Below, in pieces: positions 29,603 through 36,863 of a stretch of DNA of 64,000 nucleotides (position 1 is the stretch's first letter; the number at the start of each line of letters is the position of its first letter). This DNA comes from an uncultured delta proteobacterium. GTDB lineage: Bacteria > Desulfobacterota > Binatia > UBA9968. The notes under the pieces were generated by a model that was not told the DNA's origin, ran no database searches, and was given only the letters and a program-made list of their open reading frames with translations. The stretch lies in the NCBI GenBank assembly GCA_963727625.1, contig CAVSHR010000011.1, forward strand, positions 256,001-320,000. The letters run 5' to 3'. The position numbers and the translations under genes are program-made.

Positions 29603-30280
29603 ATGATGAAAAGTTTAACAAGAGGTTTGTTGGTTTTGGTAGCTGTTTTGGCTCTGAATGTCAGTCCGGCTTTGGCCGTCCTGCAGATCCAATTTTCGGG
29701 CATGGACTGGGCCTACGACGGCACCAATCTGTGTGATGCGACGACATGTACTGGTAGTAACGGAACCCGCGCAGAATCGGATCCGTTGCTTACCATGAGT
29801 TTTATCGTTGATGGCAATCCCGTCGGGACGCTAGTTTCGAACATTTGGTTTGACTCGTCTATAGTTGTGGGTGCGTTGCCCATTTCCGGATCGACCACCG
29901 GTTCGGGTGGATTTTTTGACATACTCACACAGAACGCAGATCCTGGCTGGGGGCTGGCGCTAGACATCGGAGATTGGGAAGTCGTGACAGCAGATAATGG
30001 CACAGTGACCATTAGCGTGAATGGTACTTTGAGTGATAATGGCATTTTTTCCCAGGATTTGCCCTTTGGGCTCGTCATCGGGGTGCCAGTGATCGTGTCG
30101 TTTTCCTCGAACACCCTGACTGGCATCACTTCGAGTGACGGCTTCCTGACAGGATTTGGTGCTTCGGGAACGGGTGAAATTACTGGTCAGAACGTTGTAC
30201 CCGAGCCGACTTCAATGCTCCTCCTCGGCATGGGTTTAATTGGACTAGGCGCTTGGGGAAGAAAGCGGATCAAGAAGTAA
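29603..30280 (+). CDS. PEP-CTERM sorting domain protein
   Basis: Signal peptide ending PALA; Gly/Ser/Thr/Asp-rich body; VPEPTSMLLLGMGLIGLGAWGRKRIKK. Confidence 0.95.
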   Translation: MMKSLTRGLLVLVAVLALNVSPALAVLQIQFSGMDWAYDGTNLCDATTCTGSNGTRAESDPLLTMSFIVDGNPVGTLVSNIWFDSSIVVGALPISGSTTGSGGFFDILTQNADPGWGLALDIGDWEVVTADNGTVTISVNGTLSDNGIFSQDLPFGLVIGVPVIVSFSSNTLTGITSSDGFLTGFGASGTGEITGQNVVPEPTSMLLLGMGLIGLGAWGRKRIKK

Positions 30281-30336
30281 CCTGAGTATCCATCCAACGG
30301 GAGGGGCGAAAGAGCCCTAATCCTATGAATCGCAAG

Positions 30337-30381
30337 AGCTCGAACGCCTATCTAGAACACTCTGGATGGGCGTTCGAGTTT
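30337..30381 (+). terminator. Stem-loop after PEP-CTERM gene 1
   Basis: CTCGAACGCCTATCTAGA acac TCTGGATGGGCGTTCGAG followed by TTT. Confidence 0.55.
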
Positions 30382-30457
30382 GAAGCGGGCTTGATGGTTG
30401 AACGGTTCCCGAGCAGTCTTGAACAAAACAGCGAGTTAAATTAGACTAGGACGCGTG

Positions 30458-30767
30458 ATGGATTTAAAAGAGCAAAAACCTGGACTTGGGAATCCGCAAG
30501 CTGACCCAGATGTCGAAGGCAAGCTGAGCGGCAACAATCAAGATGCTCGGTTGTCCCGTCGGCGGGCTCTGTTAACTGGCTTGGCAGCTAGCGCCGGCAG
30601 TGCTGACGCTAATCAGACGTCCTGTTTGGGCTTCGGACACCATCGCTTCCGCCGGAATTTGCGCTTCTCTGGCCGCGGCCAGCAGTCTCCATGCGGCAGA
30701 TCAGCAGTTGGCCACTGATTGTGAAAATTTGAATGCTGAATCGGTGGTCGACACAAATAACCCTTGA
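30458..30767 (+). CDS. Putative twin-arginine-leader precursor peptide of the HPr-rel-A module (one extra base at ~30590)
   Basis: Removing one base gives 102 aa: ...RLSRRRALLTGLAAAPAVLTLIRRPVWA-SDTIASAGICASLAAASSLHAADQQLATDCENLNAESVVDTNNP. Lies directly upstream of the PqqD gene. Confidence 0.65.
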
Positions 30768-30818
30768 GCATTTCGGAGTCGCCCAGGACGTAGCGGGAAA
30801 AGCCCACAAGGTTTAGTC

Positions 30819-31103
30819 ATGAAGGAAGCTGATGGGTTATTGTGGCAGTCCACAAAACTCATCTGGAAATCTTGGGGCGACGAAGTCTTGGTTTTCAACG
30901 TTGCCTCGGGAAATACCCATCTCTTAAGTCCGATGGCGGCCCAAGTCCTCAAATCCCTTGAAAAGCTGCCTCTTACGACCTCCCAAGTCGCACAAAAGTT
31001 AGCGCTTTCCGCGAACTTGAGTGTCGACGAAGAAATCTCTCAGCAAGTTGAAAATCTTATCTTAAACCTGGATGAATTGGGTCTCGTTGAATCCGCCGCT
31101 TAG
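30819..31103 (+). CDS. HPr-rel-A system PqqD family peptide chaperone (RRE)
   Basis: WKSWGDEVLVFNVASGNTHLLS...L.ELGLV pattern, 94 aa, translationally coupled to the kinase. Confidence 0.85.
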   Translation: MKEADGLLWQSTKLIWKSWGDEVLVFNVASGNTHLLSPMAAQVLKSLEKLPLTTSQVAQKLALSANLSVDEEISQQVENLILNLDELGLVESAA

Positions 31104-32047
31104 TGCAGGTTTTCCATCTATCGCCGGCTGATTTGTCAGCTCGACTCAGAGGCCAGGGCTTTTTCCTGCGCACCGGGCCGTTTGTCGTCCAGGTGCGCAC
31201 GGATGTGGGTCGAGTCGTGCAGGGGGTTCGAACGCTCTACGCCGATTTCCCTCTCGCCGAAAGCGCCGACTTTGCCGATTTTCATATGAGTTTTGTCGCG
31301 CCGCGCAGTTTGCGTTGCTGGTTTTACCCGCAGGTCTGTTTTCTCTTCGACGGCGAAAGCCCGTTTAAGCCTTTACCGTCGGATCAGGCGATGGCGATGT
31401 TCGAATGGTGTTTTAACTGGTGCATTTCCAGCTGCGGCAATCAATATTTGATATTTCATGCTGCGGCCGTTGAGCGCGGCGGATGCGCCGTGATCCTCCC
31501 CGGGCCGCCCGGTTCCGGGAAGAGCACGCTTTGCGCCGCCTTGGTAAATCGCGGCTGGCGGCTGTTGACCGACGAACTCACCTTGGTTTCACTTGAAACC
31601 AATTGCATCATCGCCTTGGCCAGACCCATCGGCTTGAAAAACGACTCTATAGAAGTGATTCGAAAGCTGGTCCCGGACGCGGTTTTTGGCCCGGAATGCC
31701 GGGACACGCTCAAGGGCAGGGTGGCGCACCTCCGTCCCCCGACTGAAAGTGTCTTACGCGTGGATCAACCGGCAAAACCCGCATGGGTGGTCTTTCCAAA
31801 ATATTCCGCCGATCAAGCAACCGTGGCGCGTCCGGTATCGAAAGCGCAGGCGCTTTTGCGCTGCGCGGCGAGCGCTTTCAATTACACGACACTTGGAGCA
31901 AAAGGGTTCGAAGTTCTGTCACCGATGATCGACGACGCGGACTGCTACGATTTCGAATATGGCGCGTTGGAGGAGGCGATCGATTGGTTTAACAGCCTCA
32001 AAGGATCGGCGTTTGCGACCGCCGGCAATGTTACCGATGTCTCATGA
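31103..32047 (+). CDS. HprK-related kinase A
   Basis: LRTGPF, PFKPLP...AMFEWCFNWCI, FHAAAVE, Walker A GPPGSGKST, GWRLLTDE, RPIGLKN, KGRVAH. Confidence 0.9.
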   Translation: MQVFHLSPADLSARLRGQGFFLRTGPFVVQVRTDVGRVVQGVRTLYADFPLAESADFADFHMSFVAPRSLRCWFYPQVCFLFDGESPFKPLPSDQAMAMFEWCFNWCISSCGNQYLIFHAAAVERGGCAVILPGPPGSGKSTLCAALVNRGWRLLTDELTLVSLETNCIIALARPIGLKNDSIEVIRKLVPDAVFGPECRDTLKGRVAHLRPPTESVLRVDQPAKPAWVVFPKYSADQATVARPVSKAQALLRCAASAFNYTTLGAKGFEVLSPMIDDADCYDFEYGALEEAIDWFNSLKGSAFATAGNVTDVS

Positions 32048-33135
32048 ATCATGACCTCTTAGCGCGGGCGCTAACCTCGCCCGATAGCCTGGGAATTCTG
32101 GCACTAGGAGAATGGGACAATCTGATTTCGCAGGCCCGGCGCGCGGGCTTATTGAGTCGGCTCGACGCGTTACTCGCTGAGCGTAAATGGCTCGATAATG
32201 TTCCACAACCGGCTCGTGCCCATCTCCAATCAGCGCGAGTCACCGCGGAGAACGAAGAGCGGGTGATGCTCTGGGAGGTCAACCGCCTACAGCGCGCTCT
32301 TAGTGAGATCGATTCCCCAATTATTTTACTCAAGGGGGCCGCCTACGCGCTAGCGGGTTTACCCGTCGCCCGGGGCAGGCTATCGACCGATGTGGATATT
32401 CTCGTTTCCAAGGAGCAACTCTCCCTGGTTGAGGAGAAATTGCTTGGGCACGGTTGGCAACACGCGAAGTTAGAGGAATACGACCAGTTTTTCTATCGCA
32501 CTTGGTCGCACGAGCTGCCGCCTTTAGTTCATAAACAACGTAAAACAGTCGTCGACGTGCATCATACCATCTTGCCACCGACGGGGCGTTTGCATCCCGA
32601 TCCGAAAAAACTCATTGCCGCATCGATACCGCTGGATGGGACGAGGTTTCGGGTGCTAGCGCCGGCGGACATGGTGCTCCATAGCGCCGCCCATGCGTTT
32701 CAGGACGGTGATCTGACGCGCGGGCTGCGCGATCTCGTCGATATCGACGGTCTCCTGCGCTACTTCAGTCAGAAAGAAAAGTTTTGGGACGAGCTCGCGG
32801 CGAGGGCCGAAGAGTTGGATCTCCGTCGGCCGCTATATTACGCCCTGAGATATTCTCATTTCTATCTTCAGACGCCGGTCTCGCAGAACATACTTGAACG
32901 ATCGAAAAGCTGGCGACCGGCTTGGCCGGCGACCGCGCTAATGGACATGATCGTCGACAACGTCATAACTGCTGGTCCTCGGCGCAAAGATTTCCGTCTC
33001 AAATTATCCCGCCAACTTCTTTACATCCGGTCCCACTGGCTGCGCATGCCGCCAGCGCTCCTGGCTAAACATCTTTTGCATCAGAGCTTTCGAAGGTGGT
33101 TCGCTCGACCGCACGACACGGCTGTGGCTCGCTAG
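32044..33135 (+). CDS. Nucleotidyltransferase family protein (NTP_transf_5-like)
   Basis: ILLKGAAY, R...DVDILV, WSHELPP, DVHH, LRDLVD, YIRSHWLRMP. Confidence 0.88.
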   Translation: MNHDLLARALTSPDSLGILALGEWDNLISQARRAGLLSRLDALLAERKWLDNVPQPARAHLQSARVTAENEERVMLWEVNRLQRALSEIDSPIILLKGAAYALAGLPVARGRLSTDVDILVSKEQLSLVEEKLLGHGWQHAKLEEYDQFFYRTWSHELPPLVHKQRKTVVDVHHTILPPTGRLHPDPKKLIAASIPLDGTRFRVLAPADMVLHSAAHAFQDGDLTRGLRDLVDIDGLLRYFSQKEKFWDELAARAEELDLRRPLYYALRYSHFYLQTPVSQNILERSKSWRPAWPATALMDMIVDNVITAGPRRKDFRLKLSRQLLYIRSHWLRMPPALLAKHLLHQSFRRWFARPHDTAVAR

Positions 33136-33285
33136 CAACAGCTGCAAACGCGGGACTCAGCTGGGCTCGCTCCAGTTTCATTCATTCCTTAACCTGCGCC
33201 CACTAGAGCCCGAAAATCGTCCTCTGACTACACCGAAAGTTGCGGTTCGGGCAAGAAATCCTCGCCAATCAACCTGGCAAAAGAC

Positions 33286-33506
33286 TGTAAAATTATTTAA
33301 CGCAAAATCCAAAAAGATAATCCTGTTCCGGGGGCCTGGTAACTATTCGGATCTTTAGACCCGGCATCGATACAATCTATTGTTCGGAAATGTGTAAATT
33401 GTCCTAACATAATCAATTGATTTCAACGATTGCCAACTATGGCCCTTCGATTGCGTTTACTTCCTGCGGATGCAAAATCGCGTGGTAATAAGGCACTGTT
33501 GCCGCG
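33286..33506 (+). promoter_or_regulatory. Enhancer boxes and weak sigma54-like site upstream of PEP-CTERM gene 2
   Basis: TGTAAAATTATTTAACG (33286-33302), TGTAAATTGTCCTAACA (33393-33409), AGGCACTGTTGCCGCG (33491-33506, GG-N10-GC with a non-consensus -12). Confidence 0.5.
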
Positions 33507-33625
33507 GTTTTCGCACGGGGATGTTGCGTTAGCAAGAAGCTATTTTAGCCGGCGGGCTCAAATCTTCCGCTCAAGGACACGCTGCTTAAAAACGGTGGAC
33601 AATTAACTGACGAGAAACGGAGTCG

Positions 33626-34342
33626 ATGATGCGAACTGGTAAAATTTACAATGGGATTGTTTTGGGGTTTATAACCGCACTCTTTTGGGTTGTAAATCCC
33701 AATGTAGCCCGGGCCACAATCATTCTTAACCAAACCTGGACGACTGATGTGCAGTGCGGCGGTGACGGTTGTTTTGGATCCACCTACCAACTCATTATCG
33801 ACGATGGAGGCACAGACGATAATAATTTTACGGCGAGGCTGATCGTCGATGCTTCGAACTATTCTCCCCCTGGGGGAAAGACCGGTTATGATTTTATCTC
33901 GGCGGTAGATTTCAAGGTGGCGAGCAGCGTGATCAGCGCGAGCTTAACGGCGGCCCCCGGAAACCTCTCCGACTGGCATGTGGCATTCAATGCTGGCCAG
34001 GTTTCCGGAGACTGCGGCGGCAGTGGAAACGGCTTTGTTTGCGGCAACGACATCGGCACAAACTCGGCAGCCCCGGTGCCAAACGCAACTCCGTACGAAT
34101 GGGATTTTTCGTTTTCATTGGCCGCCGGCAAGGATAACAGCGATATTAGCTTCAGTCATTTAGGGACGCGCTACTGCACCGCAGCAGATACTTGCACCGG
34201 CGTGATCGTTTCCATCGACCAACCTGGAAGTCCAGGCGAAAAAGTTCCAGAGCCGTCGACGATGCTGTTGTTGGGAGCTGGTCTTATCGGCCTGGCCACC
34301 TGGGGAAGAGGCCGCTTGGGCCAACGCGCGGAAACAATGTAA
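33626..34342 (+). CDS. PEP-CTERM sorting domain protein (Cys-rich)
   Basis: Signal peptide, six Cys in three close pairs, VPEPSTMLLLGAGLIGLATWGRGR. Confidence 0.93.
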   Translation: MMRTGKIYNGIVLGFITALFWVVNPNVARATIILNQTWTTDVQCGGDGCFGSTYQLIIDDGGTDDNNFTARLIVDASNYSPPGGKTGYDFISAVDFKVASSVISASLTAAPGNLSDWHVAFNAGQVSGDCGGSGNGFVCGNDIGTNSAAPVPNATPYEWDFSFSLAAGKDNSDISFSHLGTRYCTAADTCTGVIVSIDQPGSPGEKVPEPSTMLLLGAGLIGLATWGRGRLGQRAETM

Positions 34343-34504
34343 CTCAAGGTCAAAACTGTTTCCTTGGAAGATTGCAAAGCTGTGATTTACGGACCGTAGC
34401 AGCGCTTGCAACATCGACCGACGCGTCCGTTGAAGAATCATAGTGCTTTTCCGAGGGCGAGACTTCCATTTGTGCCAGGGTTGCGGCTGAAAATCGATTT
34501 CTCT

Positions 34505-35538
34505 CTAGTCGGAGGAACGCAATCCAAATTGTTGATTCTCGGGCCTCGCTTTTTGCGCAAGCTTAGCTTGCAGCTCTTCCCTCGCCATTCGAAGTTTTTG
34601 ATCAGAGTCTAGCCGTTCTCTAAGTCTTCTTTCTCTCACGGCTCACCGTGGCATAATCCAAGACCCCCTAACCGGAGCCCGATGTCGGTCTGGGTCAGTC
34701 CGCTGTATCGGTAAATCAATTCCATCGCCATCGCGCGTTCGTTGCGATATTGAGTGCGCTTCTTGGCGATTTGTTCCTCCTCCAATCCAAAGTAGGCGGC
34801 GACGCTTGTGACCACTCTCGCCGGCTCGACAGCTCGAAATTCCTTTAACGAAGGCTGCTCGCGCTTCGAGGCTTGGCTGTTTCCCTGGGCATTGTCTTGA
34901 AGGTTTTTCAGGAAGTTTTCCTTTCCCAAGATTACTTGGCTCTTGAGCTCGGCCCAGGGCGTTTTGTAGCCCAGCTTGAGGCCGTCCTCGACGAACTCTC
35001 GATAGCCTTTGCGCAAGCCGCCTATTTGGCTCAAAACTTCATCGTAGACAATCCAAGGGAGCCATTTCTCGATCTGCAAATAACCGCCCAGACTGCTCCA
35101 ACGGTAGCCCTCCAGCTCGCGGATTTGCTCCTCGAAGGTCGCGTCATGGCGTGAGCGGATTCGGACCGGGTTTAAGTGGACATAGCGGCTGAGTTCCAGA
35201 AGGTAGCTGTCCTTTTCAACCAAAAGGGCCTTGTATCGTCCTTGGAACAAGTGCCCCGCGCGGTTGTGGCGCCGATTGAATGCGCCGGTGTAGCTAATAA
35301 GAAAATGCCTCATGAATTCAGACAAGTTGGCCTTTGGAGTTTCGACAATAAAGTGGAAATGATTGCTCATCAAGACGAAGGCATGCAACCTGGCGCCGTA
35401 GATTTCTAAGGAGTTTTGCAGTTTATCGAGAAAAAAGCTTCGGTCGGAATCGTCGTTAAACGTATCTTTTCTTTCATTGCCCCGGCAGGTGACATGATAA
35501 TAGGCGCCCGGGTAGGCGATCCTCAGGGGGCGAGACAT
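34505..35538 (-). mobile_element. REP-associated-type Y1 (HUH) tyrosine transposase (RAYT-like) with C-terminal HTH; C-terminus frameshifted near 34660-34625
   Basis: MSRPLRIAYPGAYYHVTCRGN, LMSNHFH (HUH), GHLFQGRYKA, RYVHLNPVR, YRWSS. Corrected tail reads GGLDYATVSRERKRLRERLD to a stop at 34505. Confidence 0.88.
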
Positions 35539-35564
35539 GAGTGATCCGTATCACGAAATGAAAA

Positions 35565-35750
35565 TGAAAGTCAAAAGTAAAGATCTGACCATTAGTGAGT
35601 GCTTGAAAGTCAAAAGTAAAGATCTGACCATTAGTGAGTTATTAGTGAGTTAGTGAGTGCCAAGTTACTTCCCATTGTTCAGCTGCAAAGCAGCGTAATT
35701 TTGCTAATGGGTGACCCGATTATCATTTTTCTGACCCGATTATCATTTTT
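35565..35750. repeat. Direct-repeat cluster upstream of the transposase
   Basis: 36-bp TGAAAGTCAAAAGTAAAGATCTGACCATTAGTGAGT at 35565-35600 and 35604-35639; extra ATTAGTGAGT/TAGTGAGT copies to 35658; 19-bp TGACCCGATTATCATTTTT at 35712-35730 and 35732-35750. Confidence 0.9.
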
Positions 35751-35812
35751 TTCCATTAAAGATTCGCCGGTGGATTCGGAGTCCAAGGGAAGGTGTATTT
35801 TAACCAGAAATG

Positions 35813-35985
35813 TGTAACCTAAGCTCACACCTCCTATCAAGTAAAATTGTCAAATGAATCAATGGTTTACCTCAGGACCTTGAGTTGCGGTGATGATCTG
35901 TTAGCTCCCTTTACAGTTTTTCATTTAACCAAGCCGTCGAGTTACTTTCAATATTGGGTACTTAAGTAATGGCATGTGTGTTGCA
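35813..35985 (+). promoter_or_regulatory. PEP-CTERM promoter: two TGT-N11-ACA boxes, IHF site, sigma54 promoter
   Basis: TGTAACCTAAGCTCACA (35813-35829), AATCAATGGTTTA IHF consensus (35857-35869), TGTTAGCTCCCTTTACA (35899-35915), TGGCATGTGTGTTGCA (35970-35985). Confidence 0.78.
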
Positions 35986-36038
35986 ATACCCTCCCTCCAG
36001 AGGGTTTTCAATCAATTTTCAATCAAGGAGGAGTCTCC

Positions 36039-36635
36039 ATGATCAGTCTAAAGAAAATCGGTTTCTTAGCTGCACTGGTTTTTTGTGTATGCCTAACAGG
36101 GACGAGTGCATTCGCTGTGTTGACTATCAATGACCCGGGAGTCGTAGGGACTGTTGACCCCGGAACTCAATCTGCAGACCCGACTAACGAAACCGATTGG
36201 GCTAACTACCTGCTTGGTTTGAGTGCAAGTGTAACAATAACGGCTGATGGGAACACACCGCTGGATGGCGCGACTGAGAATTACCAGACTTCAAGCAATG
36301 ATTATAATGGTACCCTGAGCCTGGGCACACAGGGATCTGCGGGAGACACGGACGCTTCCGGCTATACATATGCGCTGGCTAAATATGATGGTCAGAATGC
36401 TGGGTATGTGCTGTTCTACATTCCCGACTTTGGAACTACTCTTCCCCAGTACAGCTACAGCATCTGGGGTTCTAGCGAGCAATACGCGCTCTCGCACTTT
36501 ATAGGTTTCGATGGCGGCACGGCAACCCCAAGCGGCACGCCAAGCGTTCCAGAACCTTCAACATTCCTGCTTCTAGGGGCTGGCCTAGTGGCACTAAGAA
36601 TGGTGTCCAACAGGTTTGGGATAAAAAACCTGTAA
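36039..36635 (+). CDS. PEP-CTERM sorting domain protein
   Basis: RBS AAGGAGGAG before ATG 36039; signal peptide ending SAFA; ALAKYDG...YALSHF; VPEPSTFLLLGAGLV. Confidence 0.93.
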   Translation: MISLKKIGFLAALVFCVCLTGTSAFAVLTINDPGVVGTVDPGTQSADPTNETDWANYLLGLSASVTITADGNTPLDGATENYQTSSNDYNGTLSLGTQGSAGDTDASGYTYALAKYDGQNAGYVLFYIPDFGTTLPQYSYSIWGSSEQYALSHFIGFDGGTATPSGTPSVPEPSTFLLLGAGLVALRMVSNRFGIKNL

Positions 36636-36664
36636 AAATCACGACTAGCTCTGCTCTCTTACCT

Positions 36665-36701
36665 AAAGGGCGCCAGTGCAGGAGCACTGGCGCCCTTTTT
36701 T
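36665..36701 (+). terminator. Rho-independent terminator
   Basis: AAAGGGCGCCAGTGC agga GCACTGGCGCCCTTTTTT. Confidence 0.9.
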
Positions 36702-36863
36702 ATTGCCGGTAAATTAATGTTTTCATCTCGGGTTGCAGGAATGTTTTCTTGATGAGATTCCTCGCATGCGCTATGACTAGAACGATTGCAACCCTATCAA
36801 GAAGTTTCAAATGACCGCGCATTAAGCTTACCGCCTGATCGCCAAAAAAGTTTGTGTCCAGCG

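Noticed and set aside
30455-30718. 87-aa ORF exactly as given in the ORF track
   Set aside because: The sequence after LLTGLAA breaks the signal peptide. The shifted frame restores a hydrophobic region and a cleavage-like VWA, so the frameshift-corrected model is preferred.
30458-33135. Lasso peptide cluster
   Set aside because: RRE, kinase and nucleotidyltransferase are present, but no asparagine-synthetase-like cyclase or B2 transglutaminase-like protease is in the window, and the peptide has a Tat-like leader.
35565-35750. CRISPR array (36-bp direct repeats)
   Set aside because: Only two copies separated by 3 bp, no spacers, and no cas genes in the window.
35976-36038. N-terminal extension of PEP-CTERM gene 3
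   Set aside because: It starts inside the sigma54 promoter; ATG 36039 has a strong RBS and gives a proper signal peptide.
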